64,000 bases of DNA from Alphaproteobacteria bacterium (GTDB taxonomy: Bacteria; Pseudomonadota; Alphaproteobacteria; MPNO01; UBA830), in assembly GCA_964291215.2 (NCBI GenBank), contig OZ219791.1:640001-704000 (forward strand), written 5' to 3'. How positions within the stretch are numbered: position 1 is the stretch's first letter; every line of letters starts with the position of its first letter. Both the position numbers and the translations under genes were made by a program. Shown here in pieces: positions 11,462 through 22,936 of the stretch. The notes under the pieces were generated by a model. That model had not been told where the DNA came from, ran no database searches, and was given only the letters and a program-made list of their open reading frames with translations.

Positions 11462-13510
11462 TCAGGCCCCTTCCAGATGGGAGCGCAACGCATCGGTGCC
11501 GGTGAGCGGCAGGGAGCAGGTCTGGCCGACGCAGACATAGGCTGCGGCCCGGCCCTCGACCGGCCCCTTTCCGGCGGCCACATGGCGGTCGGGAAGCGCG
11601 TTTCCGGAATGGGCCGGGACAATGAGCTTGTTCTGGCCGGCGGCCTGCCATGCGGTTGCTGCGAGCGCCCGCGAATCCGCATCGTCGGGGTCACCGGTGA
11701 TGACGATCTGGGTGCAGCTCTGCAGAAGCTCGTTGGCGCAGAGCAGTCCCGCGTATCCGAACACGTTGTTCGCGGTCTCCGCGACGAAGGCTGCGATCAC
11801 GGCTTCGGCGCGTTCGCGGAAGGAGTCGTCGCCGGTCAGGTAATGGAGCCGGGCGAGCACCGCCGCCATGATGCCGTTGCCCGCCGGCGTGGCGTTGTCG
11901 GCTGCGGTTCTCGTGCGGACCAGCAGCGCTTCCGCATCGTCTGCGGTGAAGAAGTAGCCGCCGTTCCGTTCGTCCCAGTAGTGGGCGTCCGCCGCGTCCG
12001 TCCAAGCGCGGGCGCAGTCGGCGTAGTCGGTATCGCCGGTTACCTCGAAGAGAGTGAGCGCCGCGCGCGCCATGTTGGCGTAGTCATCAATAGTGGCGGC
12101 ATGCTTGAGAATTCCCTTGCGCCAGGAGTGCCCGAGCCGTCCTTCGTTGAACATGTGCTCGCGGACGAAACGGAAAGCGTTCGCGGCAGCGGCCAGCCAG
12201 TCCGGGTTGTCGAACACCATGGCGGCCCGGGCCATCGCCGCGATCATGAGGCCGTTCCAGTCGGCCAGCACCTTGTCGTCCCACCCCGGCCAGACGCGCC
12301 GGTCGCGCACCGCGCGGAGCGCCTCCCTGGACGCCGCGAGCGCAGCTTCCTGTTGCGGATCCAAGAGATCCGGGCGGGCGGTGCGGTTGAGGATGGACGA
12401 ACCTTCCCAGTTGCCGCCGGGCGTGACGTCGTAGATGTCCTTGAAGAGCGGGGCGCTGTCCCCGAGAACGCTGTCGATCTCCTCGGCCGACCACACGTAG
12501 AAGCGGCCCTCTTCGCCCTCCGAATCCGCGTCGTAAGAAGCGGCAAACGCGGCCATGCCATCCCCGGTGCCAGGAGCCACCATCTCGCGCAGAGTCCACT
12601 CGATGGTCTCCGCCGTCCGCTGCGCATAGAGCGGGTTCCGCGTCGCCTGCCACGCCGAGACCAGCAGGTCGACGATCTGTGCATTGTCGTAGAGCATCTT
12701 CTCGAAATGCGGAACCAGCCAGCGGTCGTCTGTCGAATAGCGCGCGAAACCGCCGCCGAGGTGGTCGTATATCCCCCCCAGGCACATCTTCGTCAGGGAC
12801 AGCAGGACGGCGTCCCGCAGCATCTCGTTGCCGGAGCGCAGGTAGCTGCGCCAGAGAATCTCGAGGATCGGCGGATTGGGAAATTTCGGAGCGCGGCCGA
12901 AACCGCCATGGACCATGTCAAACTCGCGCACCAGGCGCTTGGCCGCACGGTCATTGTGGGCAAGCGGAATAGTGCCGTCCCCGCCCGCGCCCGGCGTTTC
13001 GGGGGTCCAGATCCGGCGCAGCCCCTGACCGAGTGCTGACGCTGCTTCCAGCGCGTTGTCGCGCTTGTCCTTCCAGTGTTCGGAAATCGCGGCCAGCACC
13101 TGCGGGAAGCCCGGACGCCCGAAACGCGGCGACGGCGGAAAGTAGGTACCACCCCAGAACGGTGTGCCGTCCGGCGTCAGGAACATCGTCAGCGGCCATC
13201 CGCCCTGCTGTCCGGTTAATTGAAGGGCATGCTGGTAGATGGTGTCGATGTCGGGGCGTTCCTCGCGGTCGACCTTGACGTTGACGAAATGGCGGTTCAT
13301 GAGTTCCGCGATCCCGGCGTCCTCGAAACATTCGTGCGCCATGACATGGCACCAGTGGCATGCAGCATAACCGACCGACAGAAGTATGGGCCGATCCGTT
13401 GCCTCGGCTTCGGCCAGCGCCTCGGGGCCCCAGCCGTGCCAGTGGACGGGATTGTCTGCATGCTGAAGAAGATAGGGGCTGGTCTCTTCAACGAGGCGGT
13501 TGCGGGACAT
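11462..13510 (-). CDS. YyaL/SSP411-like thioredoxin-domain protein
   Basis: [50 protein letters not shown]; ggaggcc RBS before ATG 13510. Confidence 0.92.
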   Translation of the reverse strand: MSRNRLVEETSPYLLQHADNPVHWHGWGPEALAEAEATDRPILLSVGYAACHWCHVMAHECFEDAGIAELMNRHFVNVKVDREERPDIDTIYQHALQLTGQQGGWPLTMFLTPDGTPFWGGTYFPPSPRFGRPGFPQVLAAISEHWKDKRDNALEAASALGQGLRRIWTPETPGAGGDGTIPLAHNDRAAKRLVREFDMVHGGFGRAPKFPNPPILEILWRSYLRSGNEMLRDAVLLSLTKMCLGGIYDHLGGGFARYSTDDRWLVPHFEKMLYDNAQIVDLLVSAWQATRNPLYAQRTAETIEWTLREMVAPGTGDGMAAFAASYDADSEGEEGRFYVWSAEEIDSVLGDSAPLFKDIYDVTPGGNWEGSSILNRTARPDLLDPQQEAALAASREALRAVRDRRVWPGWDDKVLADWNGLMIAAMARAAMVFDNPDWLAAAANAFRFVREHMFNEGRLGHSWRKGILKHAATIDDYANMARAALTLFEVTGDTDYADCARAWTDAADAHYWDERNGGYFFTADDAEALLVRTRTAADNATPAGNGIMAAVLARLHYLTGDDSFRERAEAVIAAFVAETANNVFGYAGLLCANELLQSCTQIVITGDPDDADSRALAATAWQAAGQNKLIVPAHSGNALPDRHVAAGKGPVEGRAAAYVCVGQTCSLPLTGTDALRSHLEGA

Positions 13511-13784
13511 GGGCGGCCTCCCTCCTGGTTCGGAAGGCGGCTGGACTGCGCGACCCTCGGGAGCTAGCGGAGCATAGGGCACCCGGGGCGTCAAGCCCAT
13601 CGCCACGGATACAGGATCGCTGGCTCTCCTCGAACGGAGGGGCGCATGTTTGCGCGCGCATCAGTATGTGCATCTACACATATTTAAAGGGCCGCGGCGT
13701 CTTCCCACGACCGGCGGCGGGATGCGGAGCTGCCGTTCGGGGTGCCGGCCGTGCGCCGGGGCTCGAACTCGGTTCAGGGGCCGC

Positions 13785-15116
13785 ATGACGTCCGATGACA
13801 CCATCTTTGCGGTCGCGACGGCGCCGGGCCGCGCCGGGGTGGCCGTCATCCGCCTTTCGGGGCCGGTGGCCGCCCGTTCCGCGTGCCGGCTCGCGGGTTT
13901 GGCGGAACCGCCGCCGCCGCGCCGCGCCGCGCGCTGTCTGCTGCGAGCGCCGGACGGCGGCGGGGAACTGGATGACGGGCTGCTTTTGTGGTTCCCGGGG
14001 CCGGCGAGTCTGACCGGGGAGGATATGATCGAATTCCATATCCATGGCGGCCGCGCGACCGTCGAGGCGGTATGCGACGCCCTCGCGAACGAGGCCGGGC
14101 TCAGGCCGGCGGAGCCCGGAGAGTTCTCGCGGCGCGCCTTCCTTGCCGGCAAGCTCGATCTCGCCGAGGCCGAGGCGCTCGCCGATCTCGTCGATGCCGA
14201 GACCGAGGGGCAGAGACGCCAGGCCCTGCGGCAGCTGCGCGGCGGGCTGTCGGCCCGGCTCGAGGCGTGGCGCGCTGAGCTGATCGGGATTGCGGCACAT
14301 GTCGAGGCCGACATCGATTTTTCGGACGAGGAGCTGCCGCCCGGCACGGCGTCCTCGGCGATCGCCGCGATCGCGGGCCTCGAGGCCGGGATCAGGGAGT
14401 TCCTGGATGACAGCCGCCGCGGCGAACGCCTGCGCGACGGTTTTCACATCGCGATCGTCGGTGCGCCCAATGCCGGGAAGTCGTCGCTCCTCAACGCGAT
14501 TTCGGAACGCGATGCGGCCATCGTCTCGGACACCGAGGGGACGACCCGCGATGTCATCGAGGTCCGTCTCGATCTCGGCGGCTGGCCGGTAATTCTCGCT
14601 GACACGGCCGGCCTGCGTCACGCGTCGTCGCAGATCGAACGTGAGGGCGTGCGGCGCGCGCGGCAGCGGGCGCAGGATTCCGACCTCAAGGCGGTGGTCT
14701 TCGACGCAACCCTTGCGCCGGATCGGGCAAGCGTCGAACTTCTCGACGACAGGGCGATCGCGATCGCGAACAAGTCGGATCTGTCCGCTCATCGGCCGGC
14801 AGAGATCGCCGGGCTTGCGGCCATTGCGGTTTCCGCCCGCACCGGCGCCGGGCTCACGCGCCTGCTGCGCTGTCTCGAGGAGCGCGCGGCCGAAGCGATG
14901 ACGGTCGGCACGGAAGCGCCGCTGACCCGGCTCCGCCACCGCCTGGCGCTGGATGAATGCGTAAATGCGCTGGCGCGTGCACGGTCGGCTGATGCTAGCG
15001 AACTGGTTGCGGAAGACCTCAGGCTTGCGGCGCGTGCGCTCGGGCGGGTGACCGGGCGGGTCGATGTCGAGGACTTGCTTGACATCGTGTTTGCAGATTT
15101 CTGCATAGGCAAATAG
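13785..15116 (+). CDS. mnmE: tRNA modification GTPase MnmE
   Basis: DTIFAVAT, GAPNAGKSS, GTTRD, DTAG, C-terminal FCIGK. Confidence 0.96.
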   Translation: MTSDDTIFAVATAPGRAGVAVIRLSGPVAARSACRLAGLAEPPPPRRAARCLLRAPDGGGELDDGLLLWFPGPASLTGEDMIEFHIHGGRATVEAVCDALANEAGLRPAEPGEFSRRAFLAGKLDLAEAEALADLVDAETEGQRRQALRQLRGGLSARLEAWRAELIGIAAHVEADIDFSDEELPPGTASSAIAAIAGLEAGIREFLDDSRRGERLRDGFHIAIVGAPNAGKSSLLNAISERDAAIVSDTEGTTRDVIEVRLDLGGWPVILADTAGLRHASSQIEREGVRRARQRAQDSDLKAVVFDATLAPDRASVELLDDRAIAIANKSDLSAHRPAEIAGLAAIAVSARTGAGLTRLLRCLEERAAEAMTVGTEAPLTRLRHRLALDECVNALARARSADASELVAEDLRLAARALGRVTGRVDVEDLLDIVFADFCIGK

Positions 15117-15199
15117 GCGATGCCCGGAGAATCCCCAAGCTCCTGCCGCTGGCCGGCCCGAATAGCCGGGGCTTGCGGCGCCATGTCCGCCTCCTTCCT

Positions 15200-18100
15200 G
15201 TAAGCGTTCGTTCGTGCGGTGAGGTGTTGTTGTTTTCGTCCGTTTGACGGGCTTTTGTCAGGGAGTTCCAGCGTCACCCGGAGCGGTTTCGTGCACCGGG
15301 ATGCGCGGTGAGGGGCACTGGCGCCATGCCGTGTTTTCCGCGTTGGTTGCGGTTTTGTCCCGGCGCTGCGGAGGAGGAGCTGAGCACCATCCCGTGCCGG
15401 TTGCAGGGGTCTGAGGGTCCGCTCCATGCGGAGCGGGCCAGATGTCCTTCTTCGGCTTCTGTCATGTCGGTCGTAGCGGCCGCTGGTTGTTCCGACGCGG
15501 CCGGCAGACGCCGCGGCGCGGGACCAGGGTCTCGCAGGGCACGGGCGGGGTGTTGCAGCGCGCGGTCCATGCGGCGTTCGAGAAGCAGCGGCTCGCCGTT
15601 TCGGTCATGGACCGCGTAGCGCATCTGCGCGCCGACCAGGCGCGTGTATCCGAGGCAGTGTCAGCGGACGACGAACTCGTTCCACAACCGGCCTTCCCGG
15701 GTGCCCACGATCCGGAAGTCGGCGGGCGGAGCTCGTCGAGGGTCTTCGGGGCGGCGGCTCGGTGTCCGACGTGATCAGCTTCGGGGCTGGCGGCGGCAGA
15801 AGGCGCGGGCGATGGGGTCCGCTCCGTGATCGTCGCAGCACTGCGCGACCATGAAGTCGCGCCCTCGACCTCACGGCGGCGCCGCGAATCTCCGCCGCCT
15901 CTCCGGGCTCACGGCAACCAGGGCGACAGATCGCCGGGCCGCCGTTCTCCGCGCAGGCGCCAGCGCAGAACATCGAGGCCGCTCCTCGCGACCGTGCCGT
16001 GTACATGACAGCCGTCCATGCTGTCGGAACCGAAGCCGGGCTTCCGCCCGGGCCCCTGAGGGCCCTTTCCCCGAAATTGTTGTCCATGGTCGACGAACAC
16101 GCGATGGTTGAGCGCAGCGGCCTGCCTTCCGGCGCCACTTTCGGAAGCCTCGGCGCTTCCGCAAACAGCGACCGCAGTCTCCGGCGCCGCCTGCGCGGCC
16201 TCGAACGTCGCCGGAAGCAAGGCAGTCGAGCCGTGTTCAGGCGGCAGATCTCCGCGATCGATCCTTTCAACCGGACATGCTTAACTCGTTGTTCATGAGG
16301 CCGTACATGATGGCCCATGAGGATCGGCTTTCGACATCTGTCCGCGACGACGGTTGACTGGGCGGCGTCGGCTGCCGAGGGCAGCACCCGCTCGTCCCTG
16401 GCGCGGGGATTGTGCGAGCGCGAGGGGTGGCGCAACGCGAAGGGAGAGCTGTGCCTTGCCTCGGCACGCGCGGGTCTGCCTGATCTTGCTGCGTCGCTCG
16501 ACCTCGTCCTTCCTGCGCCCAGACCTCATGCCTTCGACACCCTTGAGCGGGACTATCCCGACCGAGCACTGGCCGGTACCCTGGAGGACCTTGGAGAGGT
16601 CACCGTAGAGCCGGTCGGCGAGGACAAGCGCCCGTTCGATGATGGCGACCTGGCATCCCGAGGCGTGTGCACCCGGGGCCCGTGTGAGCTATTGGATCAC
16701 CTCGTCGCGCCTCGGCGGCTTGGTGTTCGGTGCGGCGAGTTGGCACCAGAAGGCGCGCGACGACTTCTGGTCCCAGGGAGCCCGTGTCCTCGGCGAGATC
16801 GTCAACAACGATCGCTTTCTGATTCTTCCGTCGGTACATGTGCAGGAGTTGGCCTCCCATGCCTTGGCCTGCCGGCGTCTGGCTGCGGACTGAGAAGTAC
16901 GGGGTGAGGCCGGTACACGTATGTGGGTCCCGAGCACAGCGGCGTGAGCTACCGGGCGGCGGGCTGGGAGCGCTGTGAGAAGACGACCTCGGGTCGACCT
17001 CCCGGGGCCACGGGCCCGGGCGTGCAGCGCGCGGTGTGGATGAAGCCCCTGGCGCGCCGTGCTGTGCCGGGAGCGTGTCTTGGGCCAGGCGGCGCCCCTG
17101 GTCGGTGATGACCGTTGGGCGATGCGGGAGTACGCCCGCAGCCGCCACAGTGACGTGCGCATCCGCGAGCGCCTGATCACCATGGGCGTGGAACGATCGT
17201 CCCGGAGAGATCCTGCCGACGATCTTCCCCGGCGAGGCGGAGCAGAAGGCGGCCCTGTTGTCGAATCCGAGGGTGATCATATCCTCGAGGGGCATCAGGA
17301 AGCGATGGTGGAACGCTGCCGTGCGCAGCACCTGATCCTTCCAGGACACGACATTCTTGAATTATCGTGGTTTGAAGGCGGGTCTTGTCGACATCGGCGG
17401 CTCGGGCATGGCGGCCCATGTCGGGGTTGCCTTCAGCGAAGGCGGCTCATCCCTCGGACTGTTCCATCTCGACGCCGACTTCCGTCTCGAGCCAGAAGAA
17501 GGACGAGGTAGACGACAAGGAGAGCCGGCGGATACGACAAGGAACTGGCCTGTCCTTCGACAAGGGTGCTGGTGATCTGTGACCGTGAAGGTGACATCTG
17601 GGACCTGCTGGCCCGGAGCACGAGTGCTGGTGCGCGTCCGGCGCTCGACACGGCGCCCACTGCAACGGGCGCATGCCGGGACCTTTGGAACTCCATGGCC
17701 GATGAGCCGTGCATCGCCACGAAGATGATCGACATCGAAGCCTGCGGAGGGCCGCGTCGCCGCAAGGAGCGCAAGGGCCTCGAAGTCCGCGCGGCAAGGG
17801 TCGACCCGCCGGACCAGAAGCCCCGGGGAACGCCGCCGCTCTCCATGATGGCGAGTCACGGAACTCGACCCGCCCGCGATCCTCTCGACTGGATGCTGCT
17901 CACCACCGAAGGCGACGGCACCGCAGCCGATGCTCTCAAGACCGTCTCCTTCTACGAGAGGCGATGGTGGATCGAAGAGTACTTCAAGGCCCTGAAGGTC
18001 GGCACACGGATCGAGGACCGGCCAGGCCGACGATCTGAGGAAGTGCCTGGCCTTCGACGCCATCACCGCATGCCGCGTCATGAGCGTCTCGCACGCCCGA

Positions 18101-19150
18101 CACCCCGGCCCGTCACATCGTCCACCGCGACGAGATCACGGTCCTTGCCCTCCACAAGACCGGCCGACAGCGCACGCCGCGTGGACCTCCCGAACCGACC
18201 AGCCTTCGCCGTCGAAGTCGCACGCTTGGCAGGCTTCATTCCCAGAAAACGCCAACCCCTGCCGGGAACCGAGAAACTCTGGCAGGGATACAAACTCCTT
18301 CTCAACTTCGTCGAACATCACCGAACCATGCGGAAACTCGATATGCTGAAAGAAATGGATTTAACAGTGTCCGGTTGAAAGGCGATCGATCCATTCCCAC
18401 CCCTCCAGCTGCGGCCGGCGCAGTCCGGAAGGTCGCGCCGACAATGCGCCCGACAACAGCACAGGATGATGAAGGGCCACAGGCGCGCCAGCTTCTTGCA
18501 GGCGCCGTAGCGGTCGCAGACCGGATACATGGGGGCCGTCCGCGAACAGCTTCGCCGCGATCTCGGCGCTGCGCGAGGGAGAGAACCGCGTCACGGCTGA
18601 CCGATGTCCGGAGCCAGGCGCGACTTCCGGACCTCCCTCAGGGCCCGGATGCATCGGCATGGCGCAGACCCCGGTGCGCGAGGATCGCGTCCCGAAGCGG
18701 CTCGAACAGGGGCAGCATCCGGCTCGCTGGCCAGCGTTCCCGGCGAAAGCCCCTGGACGCGGCGCAAGGGCCGCATGCACGCGCTCGTGCAGCACATGCG
18801 TCCACACCCGAATGCGGTGCCGGGAAACAGCCGCCACCGGTGGACCGGGGCAGTCACGGCCCCGGCGGACAATCCGCCGCTTTTGATCTCGATGATCCTG
18901 GTGCGAACCGTTGGCAACGCAGCACGAGCAGGCGTCCTCCGCCACCTCCAGCCGCTCCTCCACTTCCTCGAGCGCCGGCCGCGGCCAGGAGTGCCGCGCT
19001 GCTGGCCGCGCTTCGATGACGCCCGCTGCCTCTTGTCGCTCTTGCGCCCGTACATCGACGACCTGTTCGAACGAAGCTTGTCGTTCTCCGCCTCGACCCT
19101 TCAGAACCTTCATCGCGGTCTTCAGGCTGGCATTCTCCATGCGCAGCGAT
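15200..19150 (-). mobile_element. Degraded IS66-family element, interrupted by the DUF4338-IS4 element
   Basis: End begins GTAAGCGTTC; TnpC-like fragments DNNFGERALRGP and MYGRKS; the transposase-like sequence (EWIDR / IAEICRLN) lies on both sides of the 16263-18382 insertion; many frameshifts. Confidence 0.75.
16263..18382 (+). mobile_element. IS4-family (Tn5/IS50-like) element with N-terminal DUF4338 domain, frameshifted
   Basis: TIRs CCTTTCAACCGGACA / TGTCCGGTTGAAAGG; exact 8-bp duplication cgatcgat (16255-16262, 18383-18390); fragments VICDREGD, WMLLTT, RWWIEEYFKALK, PGTEKLWQG. Confidence 0.88.
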
Positions 19151-19169
19151 ACCACCGTCGACCGCTTTT

Positions 19170-19850
19170 GCGCCCATGTACGAGGCCCAGGACGCCCTTG
19201 TAGCACGGGCCGATCTCTTGCCCGCGCTTGCGGTGCGGGAACTTGCACGTCAGGGTCCCATGACATGGAGCCACTTACTGTTGATCCGAAATCCGGTCTT
19301 GTCGACATCGGGCGTTGCAGGAGGTGCGCCACGGCGGCCTCCTCCCATGACGCATCGTGAAAGCATAGCCGAGGCCTCGGAGAGCTTGATGCCGGAGATC
19401 GCCTGCACGAACGCGACGGCACGGCGCAGGGACAGCATTTGGGCGACCAGCAGGTTGATGACGAGGGCCTGAATGCCGTACTGCACGGGATGTTGTCGGG
19501 GAACCGGCCCCGGGCCTTGCACTTCGGGCATTCCTCGGCGTCGACGCGGCGCGACCTCGAACACGATGTCGTGCGGCGCTCCCGATCGACGGGGCCGTCG
19601 ATGTCAGCGCCGCAGGCGTCGCAGGCCGCGACCGTCTCCTCGACGATGGTCTTGCGCAGGTTGTCGCCCATCTGCCGGTTCGGCTTCGGGCCCTTGCCGT
19701 TGCTTCCGGCACGCTCTTGTCCGTCTGTGACGGCGGCAGACCGGAGTTCCGGCTCGTGCGTGGTCTTCTCCAGAAGGACGACGATGAGGATGTCGAGCAG
19801 GATGACGAAGACGCGGATCACGGCCTCTTTCGCCACCTTGCCGGCAGCGC
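19170..19850 (-). pseudogene. Second IS66-like transposase relic
   Basis: Fragments CDACG...CPKC (zinc finger), VQYGIQALVINLLVAQMLS, VDKTGFRIN; several frameshifts. Confidence 0.65.
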
Positions 19851-19895
19851 CGCGGTCTTGGCCGCTTCGAACTCCTCGCGCGCCGCCCGTCGCCA

Positions 19896-20024
19896 TCACC
19901 CGGCCTTGCGCTTCATCAGCGCGCCGCCTCCGAGATGCGTTTCCACATACAGATCATGCAGGGGCTGGAGCCCCGGAAGCAGCTGGCACAGCCCGCTCGT
20001 CGCCTTCGATCCAAAGTAGCCCAC
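19896..20024 (-). pseudogene. DNA adenine methyltransferase N-terminal fragment (Dam/D12-like)
   Basis: VGYFGSK...HDLYVETHLGGGALM resembles the YxGxK and ExFxGxG SAM-binding start of Dam-like MTases; truncated. Confidence 0.6.
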
Positions 20025-20159
20025 TGGCGGTCCCCGTCGTTCTCGATTACCACCACTAAACGAATCGGCCTGCAGTGTCAAATCTTCACGAAAACCCGTT
20101 CGTTGCTCTACCCCGACATCAAGCCGGAACCAGGGGGTGAGCAGTTACGTGCCAACTTG

Positions 20160-20810
20160 GGAAAAGACAATCGGCGTGGTCACCGGAGCCCAAAGGCAGA
20201 GTTGGTACGAAGTTACCGTGACAGGGCAGGAGGCCATGCCGGCCCGACCCCGATGCCCCTGCGCAGGGATGCGGCGGTCGCGGCCGCCCGCATGATCGAT
20301 GCCGTTAACCGGCTTGGCCATGCCTTTCCGCCCGACGCCTGCGCGACCGTCGGTTTCATCGATTCGAGTCCGAACTCGCGCAACACGATTCCCGGCCGGG
20401 TCTTTTTCACCATCGACCTGCGCCATCCGGATGACGTGACGCTGGCAACGATGTGCGGCTGCCTGCGGGCCGATCTGACTGGGATCGCAGAGGCCGCAGG
20501 CTGCGTCGTCGAGATCGCCGATTTCTGGGAATTCCCGGCCACACCGTTCGACGAAACCTGCGTTTCCGCCGTGCGCAGCGCTGCCGGGCAGGGCGGTTAT
20601 CGCTGGCGCGACATTGTCTCCGGCGCCGATCACGACGCCGTCTACATCGCTCGTATCGCTCCGGCCGCCATGATCTTCATCCCGTGCGAGGGCGGCATCA
20701 GCCACAACGAATTCGAGAACGCCGTGCAGGCGGACTGTGCCGCTGGCGCTCAAGTACTGCTTCAGGCTGTGCTCGACCGTGCGACGGGCTGCGACAGCGC
20801 AGGGATCTGA
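20160..20810 (+). pseudogene. M20 Zn-dependent hydrolase (N-carbamoyl-amino-acid/allantoate amidohydrolase type), C-terminal half only
   Basis: KTIGVVTGAQ..WYEVTVTG, frameshift, HAGPTPM, SRNTIPG, SGADHDA, MIFIPCEGGISHN; N-terminal half missing. Confidence 0.8.
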
Positions 20811-22936
20811 ACGGCGCCAACTCCGAGAGCGGGGAAGCCGCCATGGCTGGGCGCGCTTGGGGTGATATTCTTGCCTTTCAACCCAATACCATCGACTCTT
20901 CGTTCATGAGGCCTTATATAGTGGCCCATGAGAATTGGCCTTCGACATCTGTCCGCGACGACGGTTGATTGGTTGAAGGCGGCGTCGGTTGCCGAGGGCA
21001 GCACGCCCTGGCGCAGGGATTGTGCGAATGCGAGGACTGGCGCAACGCGAAGGGCGAGTTGTGCCTTGCTGCGTGCGGCCCTGCCTGGTCTTGCCTCGGC
21101 GCTCGGCATCGTCCTTCCTGCACCAAGGCCTCATGGCTTCAACACCGGAATCGTCGAGCGGGACTATCCCGACAAGGCACTCGCATGTCCTCTGAAGGAC
21201 CTTGGCGAGGTCACCGTGGAGCTGGTCGGCGACGGCGAGGACAAGCGCTTGGCCCGGTCGATGATGGCGACCTGGCATCCCGAGGGCGAGGCGCGCGCAC
21301 CCGGCGCCCGGGTGAGCTACTGGATCACCTCGTCGCGCTACGGCCGCCTCGGCGGCTTGGTGTTCTGTGCGGCCAATTGGCATCAGAAGGCGCGCGACGA
21401 CTTCATCGGCTGGTCCCAGGGAGCGCGTGATGTCCACCTCGGCAAGGTCGTCAACAACGCTCGCTTGCTGATACTTCCGTCGGTGAATGTTCCGGAGCTG
21501 GCCTCCCATGTCCTGGCTCGTGCTTGCCGGCGGCTTGCCGCGGACTGGCACGAGAAGTACGGCGTGATGCCGGTTCTGGCCTACACCTATGTGGGTCCCG
21601 GGCACACCGGCACGAGCTACAGGGCGGCAGGCTGGGAGCGTTGTGAGAAGACGACCTCGGGTCGACCTCCCGGGGCCACCGACCAGGGTGTGCAGCGCGC
21701 CGTGTGGATGAAGCCCCTGGCGCCTGACTGGCAAGACGTGCTGTGCCGGGAGCCCAGGCGTGTCATGGGCCAAGCTGCCCCCCTTGTTGATGATGACAAG
21801 ACCGACTGGGCGATGAGGGAGTACGGCCGTAGCAACCACAGTGACGTGCGCATCCGCGACCGCCTTGTCACCATGGGCGTGGAACGATCGTCCCGGAGAG
21901 ATCCTGCCGATGATCTTCCCCGGCGGGGCGGAGCAGAAGGCGGCCTACCGTTTGTTGTCGAACCCCAAGGTGACGATGGACCATATCCTCGAGGGGCATC
22001 AGGAAGCGATGGTGGAGCGCTGCCGTCCGCAGCGCCGGATCCTTGCCATCCAGGACACGACGTTCCTGAATTGCAATGGCCTGGAGGCGGGTCTTGCCGA
22101 CATCGGCGGCTCGGGTGCCCTTGGCATTGCGGCCCATGCCGGGGTCGCCTTCACCGAAGGCGGCTGTGCCCTCGGCCTGTTCCATCTCGACGCCGATTTC
22201 CGTCTCGATCCGGATCACGAGGAGGACGACAAGGAGAGCCGGCGCTGGCTCGACGGGTACGACAGGGCCGTGGAACTGGCCGCGGCCTGTCCCTCGACAA
22301 AAGTGCTGGTGATCTGTGACCGTGAAGGCGACACCTGGGACCTGCTGGCCCGGAGCACTGAGCATGGGGCTGGTCTGCTGGTGCGCGTCAGGCGCTCGAC
22401 ATGCCGCCGCGTGGTCACCGCAACGGGCGCGCACCGGGACCTTTGGGACCACATGGCCGATGAGCCGTGCATCGCGACCAGGCCGCTCGACATCGCAGCC
22501 TGCGGAGGGCTGTGCCGCCGCAAGGAGCGCAAGGGCCTCGAAGTCCGCACGGCAAGGGTCGACCTTGCGCCACCGGACCGGAAGCCCCGGGGAACGCCGC
22601 CGCTCTCCATGATGGCCGTACACGTCACGGAACCCGACCCACCGGCAGATCCCCTTGACCGGATGCTGCTCACCACCGAAGGCGACGTCACCGCTGCCGA
22701 TGCCCTCGACACCGTCTCCCTCTACGAAAGGCAATGGCTGATTGAAGAATACTTCAAGGCCCTGAAGGTCGGCACACGGATCGAGGACCGGCCAGGCCGA
22801 CGACCTGAGGAAGTGTCTGGCCTTCGACGCCATCACCGCCTGCCGCGTCATGACCGTCGAGCGTCTCGCACGCCGGCCAGCCGCATCGTCCACCGCGACG
22901 AGATCACGGCCCTGAACAACTACAAGATCGCTAAAT

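Noticed and set aside
20928-21840. Druantia anti-phage system
   Set aside because: The DUF4338 domain lies within IS ends and joins a transposase; no DruE helicase or other dru genes are present.
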